Origin: Lama glama
Lineage: Eukaryota
Length of the DNA: 64,000 nt
Assembly: GCA_028534125.1 (NCBI GenBank)
Contig: CM052817.1
Span: 25,732,001 to 25,796,000 of the forward strand
Reading direction: 5' to 3'
In this document: in pieces, positions 51,581 to 64,000 of the stretch
Layout of the letters: the number at the start of each line of letters is the position of its first letter
Position numbering within the stretch: the stretch's first letter is position 1
The notes under the pieces: model-generated
The model's database searches: none
What the model was told of the DNA's origin: nothing
The model's input: only the letters and a program-made list of their open reading frames with translations
Program-made: the position numbers and the translations under genes

Positions 51581-52869
51581 AGTTTGGAAAAGGTTGAAAA
51601 TAGTTGCAATAAAGAACTTGATAGGTCATCATAAAAGGTGAATTAAAAGTTGGGTGAGTAGCAGCGAAGGAATAGTTGAGTATGGATAGCATTGCTCTAT
51701 ACTATACTCAGTTTATTAGTACTGAGCACCAGAGTAGAGGTTGCCCAAAAAGCAAAAAAAAAAACTTATGTAGGCATGAAGATTGGTATGGTAGTGGGTA
51801 CAGCAAAAGATCAAAGAGACAAGGGATTCTACTGGTTGCTGTTAGGTTTCAGTGAAAGATGGTCTTAAGTTTCAAGTTAGGTAAGGGAATAAAACCAGAG
51901 AGTTAGGGCTAAGGTACTGAGAGAGTAGCTTAAAATCAACTATATGAAATTTAACAAAGAAAACTATAAAAAGTTACTCTTGAGTCCATAAAATCAACTA
52001 TTACATAGTACAGAATGGTAAGATGTATCTTAAAAGCATGAACAAAACATATAAATTTGTGTTGACCATAAAATCCATGGTCAATAATGTGAGGCAACTG
52101 CAGAATTTCCCCTACTATGGGGAAAAGAGAGTCAATTCTAACTTTATGTAAATTATAATAGACATAGTACATAGAATGAGCATCCCCATGACCCAGCTAT
52201 GTCTCACACAGATTAGATTGTGCATGGAATACTATCATTAGTTCTCGATACCATACAGAAGACTTTACTGAATTGCACCAAGTTCAAGGGAGAATGATCA
52301 TATAGCTCAAAGTATCTTCCTTAAGTCTTTATTTCAAATTTTTGTGTCATTCAAATCAGGCCTTGTTCTTAATTTACCTTATGATAAATACTGTTTTAAA
52401 TTTGAACTTATAAAATAAAGTTTTACTTAGAAACACTCCTTTTATCTCTTTATACGTGGAAATTACTTCAGACTTCATTTGAAAAAGTAGTTCTGCTGTT
52501 AAAATTTCTTTTCAAAGCTGTTATTAAAGGATTGGATTAGATGGATTAGGTGGATGTTTAATCATATTAATTAGCTGTAATTAATCAAAGGGCTTTTTCT
52601 TCCAGCCCTTTGATTAATTACACATATACACATACACACACATATATGTATAATTGGATATATATTACAGATATTTGGAAATAGATAAATAGAGAGATCT
52701 CCCATAGCCAGTACTGGTAAGACACAGATAAGTGGAATAATATGTTCGTTTGGGTCATACATGAATGATGAATATTTATATCTCATCTGGCCATTATTTC
52801 ACAAAAATAAATATATTTGTGTCGCAGAATTTTTATTTTGGCCCTCAAGTGATACATATTTATATCTGA

Positions 52870-53380
52870 TCTGACTATGATCGTGTCACACCTCTTCTCA
52901 AAACCCTCTGCTGGCTTTCCATCTCTTTTAGAATAAATCCAAAGTCCTTATAATAGTCCCGACCACCGACTCCACCGTCTCCCTCATCTCCTACACTCTC
53001 CCCCTTACTCACCCTGCACTCAACTGGCCTCCTTGTCCTGTGTACCACAGACACCCTAAGCATGCCGCAGGGCCTTTGTACATATTGTTTCCTTTACCTC
53101 ACCTCCTCTTCCCCCAGGTACTTTCCTGTCTAGAGTCCTTAACTTCTTTCACGTTTTTGTTCAGATGTCACTTTATCTGGGAGGTCTCCCCTGATTCTCT
53201 CTACCCTTTTACTTTGTTCCTTTTTTCTTATAAATACCTGAAATATACTTTGCATCTGTTTCCCAACTAAAATATTAGGTCCATCAGGGTAGAACCCTTA
53301 CCTGTTATGTTCTATTAAGTATCTGTCACTTAGTAGAAACTCAGTAGATAGCTATTTGTTGAATAAATGAACAAATGAAT
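52870..53380 (+). mobile_element. L2 LINE 3' end
   Basis: ctcaaaaccctctgctggct, agaataaatccaaagtcctta, tttgttgaataaatgaacaaatgaat. Confidence 0.8.
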
Positions 53381-53804
53381 ATGACTCGGTTGCCTCATGA
53401 TGAATCACACCAATAGATTGTGGTATCAAATCTAACTACAGCAGAATCTCAAGAATTTGAATTAAAGAGGGAAAGGAATAAAATTGCTGTTTTCAAATAT
53501 ATTGTAAATCCGAATTATTGAGAAGTGTTTTAAATATGGCAATCTGTACATCTTGTATACTTTTTTAAATAACTTTGTCCTGTTGGACCTCAAAATACTT
53601 CCTCTAAAACTTTTAAGACCAGGGCTACAGTGTTATTTTTCCTCCTCACTCACTCACCTGCCTACTGAGAAAAGCTATGAGGAAGTCAGGTATCTTTATC
53701 ATAAATTTTTGCTTAGTTAAATTTGCATGTTGAAAGTTCGTTGTATTTTTATTTCAGTTAAGATGTGATTTTTAGGTCATTGCTTCTCTCCTGTCTCCTT
53801 GTAG

Positions 53805-53967
53805 GCGTGGCTGTGCTGGAAGGTCCTATGTATGCAGTAGGAGGGCATGATGGCTGGAGCTATCTGAACACAGTGGAAAGATGGGACCCTCAGGCTCGCC
53901 AGTGGAATTTTGTTGCCACCATGTCCACTCCCAGGAGCACAGTAGGTGTGGCAGTGCTAAGTGGAAA
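53805..53967 (+). CDS. KLHL5: KLHL5 coding exon 8 ([17 protein letters not shown]...VAVLSGK), Kelch repeats
   Basis: Acceptor tctccttgtag|GC, donor AA|gtaagg, 163 nt. Confidence 0.96.
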
Positions 53968-56900
53968 GTAAGGAAATATTTAAAGTTCCAGTTAAAACAC
54001 AATAAAAATTTATCAAGCTACATTACTGTCCAACTTAAAGATATATAGAAATAAATCATGAGAGAAGTACTTTCAGAGTGATGTAAACAAACTTTAAGGT
54101 AGTCTCTTTTTATACTAGTTCTAAATATAAATAGCTCAACATTAAGTTAGTCTTTCATTCTAATGTGTAGATATTATAAATTTCTAATTATCATTTTGAG
54201 TGGCAAAATTTTATAAAAATATTCAATGTAGTCAAAATCCAGTGGTTTATGTAGCTTTAAAAGTATATGGTCTTTTTTATTTTGTTTTTGAAAAGCAATT
54301 AAAATCTTTATTATAGTCTCTCTAAGATGCTTAGGAGTCATTACATGTATAATGTACAGCAGAACTTCAAATGATCCCTCACCCCACCTTTGTCTCAGTG
54401 TTTCATATGTCATGAAGAGCTCTCCTCTTCACCCCTACTCCCAAAATCCCCCAGATAGTTCTCAAAACTAGTCTTTGTTGAATCTAAAAGTTTACGGTCT
54501 TTTAGAAGTTGTGTACTCTCTCTCAGTGTTTCCCTGAATAATTCCTTCCTTCTCTTCTACTGATTTATTCTTGCTTTTACTTCCTTTTTATCTCAATAAA
54601 CTGCTGAAAACTGGAATGGACTTAGGAAGAAGTGCTTTTTTGCCTTTTGCCTGCTGTAAATAAACAGATTTGGGTAGAGCCACCACCAATAGTTCTTGGT
54701 AACTCAGAGGCTGACTACATAGTTTCTTTTGCAGGACTTTCTTCCATAAAAATGAAGCCCTGCATGGTTATTAAATAAAAGTTGTTTGTTGCATAGCTTT
54801 ACTCACTTAAAATACTTTATCATCATTTCCAGAAAGAGGAAAGAAGGTTAAAATACAGGTTTAAAATTATTTGTAAGATTGTTATTGATTATTAAAAGAA
54901 AAATGAGAAAATATTGGTGATATTTTTATATTTTATGACCTAAGATCTTGTTTCCTCAGGGCCCAATATTTTTGTTATTTTTTAGCACTCTTACAAGTGA
55001 TGATAGAGAAATAGAAACCCATTTTTTAAATGCATCTGATCTCAGTACCCCTCCTCTCATTTGTTTTAGCTAAAGAAATAACTTCAAAATCCATCACTAC
55101 ATCTCTTTCCTAATTCCTGGTAGAAGAGTCAGCCACCAAAGAATATAGATATTGAAAAAAATGACTGTGTCTGGCTAGAAATATTTATTTCTAATAGAGG
55201 ACAAAAGAGTAAGTGCATTCTCTAAAACCTGACTTCCAGACCTATAGTACCCTGGACTTCTGGGCATAGAAGTATCTTACTTTCTTATCTTTTCTTGCAC
55301 TCTAATGAGAATTCAGTATTTCGGTCTTTAACCTACCTGAAGCACAATGTATTTAGTATAATTCCGAGACAACCTAATAATCATATCAGAAGCTAAGAAT
55401 ATCTTATCTACTAAACAGTAAGTTGATTTTGAGAGTACAGTCTGTCCTACATTGTGATTGTAACTGGTCTATTGGGCTGTCTCTCAAACTGGTCACTTTG
55501 CCCCTAACCTGAACTCTCTCCCTTTCATTCTTCATTTTAGAGACTCACCTAGTGTTCTGCCTAAAACACAAAGAGGACCATGTCACTTCCCTGCTTAAAA
55601 GCTTTCAGTAGCTTATCTGATGAAGCCTCCTTTACAATCTTGCCTCTGTCTCCCTCTCTAGCCTCTGCTCTCTCCTCTTCCCGTGCCTAATACACCTCAG
55701 CAGAACTAATCTATTTGTGAAAAATACACTGTTTCACACTCCTGTTGTCTTTTAATCCATACCATCTGTCTTAGAATGTTGTTCCCCCACTTTCCTACCT
55801 GGCAAATTCAGTATCCTTGAAACTTGCTCAAAAATCACCTCCAGAAAACCTTCTCCAGTCTCCACTTTTGTCTTTTCATTCCTGCTACACTCATTGTCCA
55901 TTCCATCCTCACCAATTTTACTGTAGATAATTTGTGTATAATTGTACTGCAGCATGTACCACTCCATTATTGCAGTCTTTGACTAGTCCATCTTCTATAG
56001 CAGATCATGGTCTTGCATGACCTGGTCTGACTTTTTATTCCTGATACCTAGCACACTACCCAGCACGTAAATCTGAAGTGTGCAACCTGGCTGAAGAATA
56101 TTGTGGTGCCAGTCAGATGCAGTGGTGCTTTAATCACTCCAAGGAGAGGATATGTTAATCCATCAACCAGCGTTTTCCTAAGCTTGCTCTAAAATAAAGT
56201 AACAATATTTTAAAATATTTTGTTAGTTTCCATTTTGGGGTACATATCCAGAATCTGGAAAAAATAGAAGTTGTTAATTTTTTTAAAAAGGCAGTTGATT
56301 GAAAAAATTAATTTTGTATCTTCTCTCTACCAGTCCTTTGTGATTTAGAATAAATCATTTCACTGTGCCTCAATTTTTTTAATCTGTAAAATGAAAAGCC
56401 TGGATTAACTGCTGTTTTTGTTATTTTAAATTACTTTACAGTGCTTCCTGATGAAAAACAGTTGTTTCTTTAGGGAAGAACTGTTTTGATGTTTTATAAG
56501 TTTGATCTTAAAAATTTCAAAGTGTTAAGTTTCATTCCTACCATGTTTGACAGAAAGAAGCTTTACTTAGATTTCCAACTGCTCAGGCTTCGTTAAGCCA
56601 CTGGCTTGCAAGTACTTTGGCAACAGAATCTCTCTTTCAAGTGAAATCTTGTAAAAACCTCAATACTTGGGGCAAATGGAAGTTCAAGTTTATTAAAAGC
56701 TTATTTTAAATTTATTACATGTTTGAGTTATAATGTTTACTTATAAAAATCAGTGTAGAAGAATAATCTGTTTTAAAAAACAAAGATTACTTCTATACCT
56801 TGTTTTGGTTTTGTTGTCTAGTATGAAGAAAATCCTGATTGACAGTTCTAAGAAGCTAAAAATGGAAATAGTTATTTTAACTACTAGAGCGATTTAATTG

Positions 56901-57429
56901 GAATCTCAGGAAATTCTTCAGTTAAATTGCTCAAGTGGTTTGAAAGTAGTAGAAATTTTTTTTTCTAAGGTGAATCTCTACCAACCACTTCTATTCTTGA
57001 TCATAATTTTTGAAGTCAGGCAAAACCTAAATCTTATTTTAAGATATATAGTATGATACTATCTCAATTTGACAAAATCTCTCTCTTTTTATTGTAGTGG
57101 TTACTGTCTTGGGGAAGAAAGTTGAGTTCTGAATCTTGCATGGCATTTAATTGAGCTAGGTGATATTTTTGAAAATGAAAACTACTTTTTAAACTTGAAT
57201 TTCAAATGAACCATTTTGGGGACTTTCTCAAGTTCTCCACAGAGTCCTAGTCTTCGAATACAGTTTGAGAACCATTGCATGAGATAATGATTCATCAGGA
57301 AGTATTACCAATAATACATTTTAGCCCTCAACATTAGCTCAGTATGAACACTGTTTGTACATTTAGCATCTCCTAAAATGCCATTTTCTAAAAGAGGGCC
57401 AGTGGAGACAGATTTATTTTTCCCCTTAA

Positions 57430-57660
57430 ACACTTATACCATGTTTACCATGCATCAGGCAATGTTCAAAATACTTTAAATTTGATCATCAATAATCGTG
57501 TGAGGCAGGGCTTATAGATTTTATGGATGATGTAATTCAGGCAGATGGAGATTAAATAAATTTTCCACAGTCACAGCTAGTAAGTGATAAGCGGTAGAAC
57601 CAGGATTCAAACCCAGAGAGTTGGGCTCTGAGTTCGTGCTCTTAATCACTGTACTACACC
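57430..57660 (-). mobile_element. MIR SINE
   Basis: gtcacagctagtaagtg...ccaggattcaaacccag...gctcttaatcact. Confidence 0.75.
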
Positions 57661-58569
57661 ACTTTTCACAAGGAAGAGTTCGCTGTCAAGAAGGTAGGAT
57701 GCCTTGAAGCCTATTATAGTATGTGTGTGTGTACATGTATTTTTAGTTGTTGACATCTTCTGGTTATTGATACCTTCTAATATTCTGTGATACATATTTA
57801 AATAATTATTCTGCTAAGTATTAAAGATGAGGACAGCTTAATGTTAAGAACAGTAGCACAAAAAGTAGTTTTAACAAATAAAATTTTTAACAGATTAAAG
57901 TTTCAAATAAATTTCAAATTGCATACTGTTAATACAGTATAAATTTAGAACAAGATACTGCTACAACCATATTTTGCTGTTTAAGATATGGTCATCTTAA
58001 AAACCAGTTGAGGGGCATAGGTACTTCATGAATTAAAATTATGAAATCTTGTCTTTTAAATAATGTATATTTAATTATAAATAGAGTTTTAATGGGCAGA
58101 AATTTGACATAGTTGAAGTATTATTTCCTGAGAATAAAAAATAACTAAACATTAACAAAGGCATCCATAAATTCAAAATGTATTTTTTTGTACAAACAGT
58201 GAACTGAATTTATTATTCTTTCTTAAAAACTGATAGAAAAAATATCTACAAAGAGCTTCTCAAGTGAGCAGCAAATATAAGATTTTTATGCTTAATAAAA
58301 AATATTCAGATGTTCAAATATTTTAAATATTTTATGTATATTTTAAGCTCAGAATAAAAAGACTTTTAAATTGGTGCAGTATGTTGATTGAGAGTGAATT
58401 AAAATTGATTTACAAAAATTGACTTACATATTTATTTTAGATAATATAGTGTGTTAATGTCCTAAACATTGCCTAGGAGATCAATACATTTCAGTCTATA
58501 GTTTTATTCTAATGTTTTACTGTTACAAGTATATCCCAGAGGACAGTTGACTGTACAACTGTACATTAA

Positions 58570-58750
58570 TATAACTCTTAGCCTTCTTCTGCTTCTTACT
58601 GTGTGACCATGTGCAAGCCTCTTAATCTCCATGAGCCCCAGTTTCTTCACCGGTGAAACAGGGATATAAATGGTTTGTCATAGCGTCATTGTAATGATTA
58701 AATTAATGCATGTAAAGTGCCTCGCCTGTGGTAAGTGCTCAAAGAAGGTT
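58570..58750 (+). mobile_element. MIR SINE
   Basis: tgtgtgaccatgtgcaag...cagtttcttcac...atgcatgtaaagtgc...gtaagtgctcaa. Confidence 0.8.
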
Positions 58751-58816
58751 AGTTTCTTTCCTTTATCGCCAAGTCCTATCTTAGCTATTTAAGAAATGCC
58801 ATGGTATATTTATACA

Positions 58817-59082
58817 CCATATTTTATCTATTCTAAGACTCATTTTAACATCTCTAAAATTGCGATGCATTTTACAGTCAATGGTAGCATGTGAAACAGA
58901 TGGCAGCTGTGAAAAAGTTGTCCTTGCTTTCATGTGAGTTTGTTATCTTTTTTATGTCTGTACAGAATAATATATGATATATACACATGCTGCTTAATTG
59001 GTGACATGCCTTCTTTCTTAATGTCACATAAATTGACAGTGTATCTTCTAACTGACGTCATCTTAAATCCAGTTAAATACCA
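58817..59082. mobile_element. Tc2-family (MER104/Kanga-like) DNA transposon
   Basis: Degenerate termini ccatattttatctattctaagac / catcttaaatccagttaaatac, internal cattttaacatctctaaaatt. Confidence 0.6.
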
Positions 59083-59153
59083 TAATAACCTCTGTCTTAA
59101 GCATAACAATAGCACTGTCTCCTAGTTATCATGCTGTTTGTTCTTTTTTACAG

Positions 59154-59366
59154 ACTTTATGCAGTTGGTGGTCGTGATGGAAGTTCTTGCCTCAAGTCAG
59201 TAGAATGTTTTGATCCTCATACTAATAAGTGGACACTCTGTGCACAAATGTCAAAAAGGCGAGGGGGAGTAGGAGTCACGACCTGGAATGGACTGCTGTA
59301 TGCTATCGGAGGCCATGATGCTCCCACGTCCAACTTGACTTCCAGACTCTCAGACTGCGTGGAGAG
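59154..59366 (+). CDS. KLHL5: KLHL5 coding exon 9 ([17 protein letters not shown]...LSDCVER), Kelch repeats
   Basis: Acceptor ttcttttttacag|A, donor AG|gtaaat, 213 nt, phase 2-2. Confidence 0.96.
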
Positions 59367-60854
59367 GTAAATTCCTGTGAAGGAAAACTAGGAATAAAAA
59401 GACAAATATAAGCCTCTGCCATTTCCACACTAACTGGTATTCTTTGTTGAGCAGCCACCATGGGAAGGTGGTTCCTGAGGAGCTTTGTAAACATCGTGCT
59501 TTCTGTCTGCTCAGGCCGTCTCTCGGTGTGTCTCCAGCAGCCCGTTCAGAGTCTTCTCTCAAACTTTAGAATTGCTTATAGAATTTATTAATCGAATCAT
59601 ATGACAAACACTTATTGTGTACCTATTTTGTACTGGACATTGTACCTAATAAGGAAAGGAGTTTGATGAATTTCACAGCAAATGAATTAGGAGCTAGAGG
59701 CCAAATAAGAAGTGAAAAGGAGAAGGACACTTCTGACATATTTTTATATAAAGTGAGGTAACATGAAATAACAAAATGAAGGGCTAATAAGGCTTAAAAA
59801 GTTGAACAAGTCATCCTTGTTCAAAACTCAAATATAGGGCCAGGTAAAGAGCCTGATGTCACTGGAAGCTCTGGACAGTGGTTCAGGCTCCCATCTGCTG
59901 TGTTTAATGGAATGGAGAGAGCTGAAGGGATTTAAGAGGTAGAGTCAACAGGAGCATGTGTGAACACTCCAGAGGAAAAGGAATGCTTCATTCAGTCAAG
60001 TGGAGGGCGGCCACTGTCACTAGAGAACAGAGTGATGGAGAGAGTGGCAGGAAAGGAGTGAGGGGAGGTAGGGGCAGACCATGTAGAGTCTTTCAGCCTT
60101 ACTAAGGATTTTGGACTTTAAAGAGCAGTGGGAAGTTAATGAATGTGTGTGTTGTATTATTTAATAAATTATAAATGACCAGAGGAAGAACAAGAAGTGA
60201 AATGAAGGTTTGTTGATGATAACAGGTACTTTCTATGAAATGATAAGTAGAGTTGGTTGGTGGTTTTTGAAAAAGCGGGGAAGTTACACCTGCATTTCAG
60301 CTGTGTTCAGGAGAAAATAATTCAGACTATGCTTGTTACCTGTTATAATCCAGGAAAAAATACCTTGTGCCATAAAATGCAGGCTGCACCCAGTGAAAAG
60401 TTGTTCACTGATACAAGAAGTATTGGAAGCAATATAGACCATCTTAGCATGATGTTTCTGCTCTTAGACAGACAATTCTGGGCAGTTCTACTTAACATAC
60501 TTCATGAAATGAATAGGAAACTCCAAAAATGGAGAGTTACGATGTTTGAGACTGTAAGTCATCTTACCTGGAGCTTCATATAATAGTTTCCTCAAATTTT
60601 TGGTAGGCAACCTAAAACCTTAAAGCAGTTGTAAACATTTACATTAGCTCTTTTTACTAGTTTAAGTGTTATGCATCTGCAAAATTATAAGTTAAAAGTT
60701 TTCAGGAGAATATTGATATTTTTCTCTAAAACTATGTTCAAATGTACTTTCTATAGCAGATAGTAAGACATAAGATAGGATTAAAGGACAAAACTATTTT
60801 TATGTCAAACATTGTGGGAACAATGTCAGTTCCAGTTCTAAAATTTTCTTTCAG

Positions 60855-61026
60855 ATATGATCCCAAAACAGATATGTGGACTGCAGTGGCATCTATGAGC
60901 ATCAGCAGAGATGCTGTGGGGGTGTGTTTACTTGGTGATAAGTTATATGCTGTCGGAGGGTATGATGGACAGACTTACCTTAATACAGTGGAAGCTTATG
61001 ATCCCCAGACAAATGAGTGGACCCAG
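60855..61026 (+). CDS. KLHL5: KLHL5 coding exon 10 ([14 protein letters not shown]...[10 protein letters not shown]), Kelch repeats
   Basis: Acceptor ttttctttcag|A, donor CAG|gtatgg, 172 nt. Kelch 6 is incomplete, so a further exon is expected past 64000. Confidence 0.96.
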
Positions 61027-61254
61027 GTATGGCCTTTCATTTTTCCATCATGACACTTACTCTGTTTTGTTAAAACAATTCTGTTGGTAAAACAGATCTC
61101 TCAATTATATCCAATACCAAAATTTATAGCAGAAATATAGTAAAATCATCTCTTAATTAAATATAAGAAAACAGAGGGAATGTTTAATTTTATAGTATAG
61201 TTAAAATCCAAAACTACCTCTAAAGTCTAAGTTAATACTCAGAGAAATTATTAT

Positions 61255-61695
61255 TTGTTTGTTTTTCTTTTTTTTTTTCTTTTTATTGAGGTATAGTCAG
61301 TTACAGTGTGTCAGTTTCTGGTGTACAGCATCATGCCCCAGTCATGCGTGCGTGCACACACACACACACACATTCACTTTCATATTCTTTTTCATTAAAG
61401 GTTATTAAAAGATATTGAATGTATTCCCTGTGCTATACAGAAGAAATGTGGTTTTTATCTATTTTAATATATAGTGGTTAACTTTTGCAAATCTTAAACT
61501 CCCAGATTTGTCCCTTCACACCCTCTTTTCCCCAGTAACCATAAAATTGTTTACTATGTCTGCAAATCTGTTTCTGCTTTGTAAATGAGTTCATTACTGT
61601 CCTCTTTTTTCTTTTTACTTTTTTTTTTAAGATTCCACATATGAGTGATATATGGTATTTTTCTTTCTTTCTGGCTTACTTCACTTAGAATGATG
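61255..61695 (-). mobile_element. 5'-truncated lineage-specific L1 3' end (artiodactyl/camelid type) with internal (CA)n
   Basis: PolyT tail, tttattgaggtatagtcagttaca, ccctgtgctatacag, ctggcttacttcacttagaatga. attattat on both flanks. Confidence 0.85.
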
Positions 61696-63109
61696 ATTAT
61701 TATCATTATTATTATTAGCTGCCACCATTTGCTTGCTGAGAATTGATGAGATGTTCTAGCACTGATAGAGCTGATAGGACCACAAGAAGGCTGTATAACT
61801 AAGGGAGGGGAGATTGTGGAAAATAAGAAACAAAGATGGTAGTCACAAAAAAATGAATAATAATTTTTACATACTCATACCACTGATATATGGGAGCAGA
61901 TCAAATGTCTGGTCATAACCTAATTAAAGATGGGAATCCTAAAATTACATTAACAGGTGAGAAACTTGATCAGCAGGCTTATTAACAGGAAGAATTCTGT
62001 CTATGTCTGGGCAATGCCTAGCACTTCTAAGAAAGATCTTTTGAGATCTTTGTTTCCATCATCATCAAGAACAGAACCATGAATCTTGTACCTCTGGCAC
62101 CCAGTTTAGTATCTGATATACAGAAGACACTGAAATGTTTAATTGAGCCAAGATTTTCCTATATACAAGGAGCAACAGTAACTGCTGTCAAGAAAACAAA
62201 ACTTAGGAGAATTCCTGCTGTCATAGAACTTAACTGCTTAGGTGAGAGCTGCACGTTTAAGGGGAGGATCCACCCTGTGCAGCAGCTGGTATGAAGTGCC
62301 CTGTGGTACAGGCAGTGAGCGCATAGGAAATCAAAGAGAAGAAAGAAAACGGGTGTTGAGAAGGTTTCATTGAGAAGAAGTGGGATTTAATTTAAGCCTT
62401 AATGAGTCAATCCAATTCAAAAAAGTAAAAGGAAAGGGGAAGTTTGTATGAGAAAACATGAAAAAAATGTGACTAAAACAGAAATATGCAGGCTATATTA
62501 AGGAAGTATGGCTGGTTATAAGGCTCCGTGCTTGAGAAGAGTTGGAGTTCTTATTGGAGAGGAAGGCTGGGTTCAGGATGGAGGTCTGTGATGGTCAATC
62601 TTAAGAGGTTGGTAATAAGAAACCAGTGGAGACTTTTAACCAAGAGAGAGATGCAGTAATAGAAAGTCCATGTGTCAGCAGCTGGGGACAGAGTAAGTTG
62701 GATTAGGAGCAAGGGAAATGAAGGTTGGGTGAAAGGAAAACATTTAGAAGGTTGCTTCTGTTGTAAGGCTTGAGGTGTTAAATATATAGATGGATTCAAG
62801 AGATGGTACCAAGTCCTGTCTGTTCTTTCTTTATATGCTTTCTGGCTTGTGTAGAGATGCAGCTTCTGATGAAAACAGCAAAGGAAAGATCAGATAGCAT
62901 CTTAGTAGATAATGAAATAGAGCATTTAAAGAGAGGAGAGAGGGTTTCAACAGTGTAAGAAAGAATGAAGAAAATTTGTCATTCATGAAGTTGTCAGGAC
63001 CTTTGAGATTGTGATAGTAGCAGAAGCCACCACCCAGTGTAAAAAGTAAAGAGAAGAATAAAAGTAAATGTGGGAGCTAGAGGGGCGTACAATTTTTAAA
63101 TGATGATAG

Positions 63110-63325
63110 AAAGTTAACACTTACTGAGTGCCTTTTATGTACCCGGCTCTATTCCAAGCACTTGTCATTAAAGAACTTATTAAATCTTCTCAACAACCCT
63201 ATAAGGTAAATACTATTACTTCCCCATGATATTGCATGAGGGGTCTGAGACAGAGAGATTAAATAGCTGACCCAATATCGCACAGTAGATAAATGGGAGA
63301 GTTAGGATTTGAGTCTAGGATCTTT
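63110..63325 (-). mobile_element. MIR SINE
   Basis: acacttactgagtgcc...aatcttctcaacaaccctataaggta...ctgagacagagagattaaatagct. Confidence 0.8.
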
Positions 63326-64000
63326 TTCACAATAGAGATGAAGACAAGAGAGTTGAAAGAAATTCAAGACTAGAAGGAGAAAGCAAAATTGAAGGCACTT
63401 TCCTGAATGTAGGACGGAAACAGAATTGAGGGCAAAGGCTGGTACTCCTCAGACTGGAGGAAACAATCTTACCTTCCAAGACCGGAGAGAAAGATGAGAA
63501 ATGAGTATAAAGGATATAAAGTGTTTTAAAATGAAGAGAAGGATAGAAAAAGAGACTTAGATTGTATGACTGTGATCTTGTTTCTTTCTTAAGTGAGCTC
63601 ACATGGTGAAGGGTTGAGAAAGCATAATTTGAGGGCTTCAACTCTGGAATTTCATTAGAAATCATGTGGCCACCTACCGTCAGTCTCCCACCATGGCAGA
63701 AGTAGTTGTGAATGACAACAAAGGAACCCCAAAAGAGACAGAGGAATCTTTTTCTGAGATGTATTTGATTTAAGCCACAAGGAAGTCGATTGGCCAGTAT
63801 TTCAGATTTGGTATTACAGATAATTAATACTTTATGCTGAATCACTCTGTATCAGAATTAATAATATGTGACCACATAGCTCTTTGGTCTGCAAGCCATC
63901 TCTATTACTATTTTAAAGCACCTAAATGTGAACTTAAAACCATAGTATCTGAAAAGTAAATGTTTTCCATTTAATGTTCCAACAAATGGACAAGAGGACA

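Larger units (their letters stand above)
15717..61026 (+). other. KLHL5: KLHL5 gene body, 10 coding exons, 3'-partial (terminal exon outside window)
   Basis: Exon lengths 383+183+137+197+213+187+225+163+213+172 = 2073 nt in one open frame. All introns are GT..AG with matching phases. Translation gives an N-terminal extension, BTB, BACK and Kelch repeats matching KLHL5 as I recall it. Confidence 0.96.

Noticed and set aside
53765..53804. Upstream AG (tttttag, 53776) as the exon 8 acceptor
   Set aside because: It is 28 nt upstream and out of frame. The 53804 site has a strong pyrimidine tract and keeps the frame.
15717..61026. Paralogue KLHL1/KLHL4 or a pseudogene
   Set aside because: The N-terminal MSGSRKEFDVKQILKIRWRW...DDGTSEEENESDSSSC and the domain sequence match KLHL5 as recalled. 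The frame and splice sites are intact.
63327..63845. 172-aa minus-strand ORF
   Set aside because: Ser/Leu/Phe-rich translation of a purine-biased intron, non-ATG start, no domain.
1..64000. Novel multi-gene system, CRISPR array or prokaryote-style operon
   Set aside because: The window is explained by one spliced mammalian gene plus interspersed repeats. There is no repeat-spacer array or dense ORF cluster.
61700..64000. Terminal KLHL5 coding exon
   Set aside because: I found no sequence encoding the expected end of Kelch 6 (recalled as VAPLCLGRAG...). It probably lies downstream.

Overview
AT-rich, CpG-poor mammalian genomic DNA containing most of one intron-rich gene on the + strand: KLHL5 (kelch-like 5, a BTB-BACK-Kelch CUL3 substrate-adaptor family protein). 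Ten coding exons (15717-16099, 28379-28561, 31213-31349, 31964-32160, 36428-36640, 44587-44773, 50109-50333, 53805-53967, 59154-59366, 60855-61026) join through GT-AG introns with consistent phases into 2073 nt (691 codons) with no stop. The last coding exon lies beyond the window. The first ~15.5 kb has no recognisable coding exon and looks like a 5' intron or upstream region. The rest is typical eutherian interspersed repeats (MIR, L2, L1M, MLT1, hAT-Charlie and Tigger MITEs). A tRNA-Ala-like SINE and artiodactyl-type L1 3' ends suggest a camelid. I see no CRISPR array, operon or clearly new multi-gene system. The most interesting signals are regulatory and cluster at the first coding exon: GTG in place of the upstream ATG, a start-stop uORF, a TATA box, a NAGNAG acceptor and an overlapping uORF. 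There are also candidate cryptic exons, hairpins and short duplications. Repeat family names and human comparisons are recalled, not searched, and repeat boundaries are approximate.
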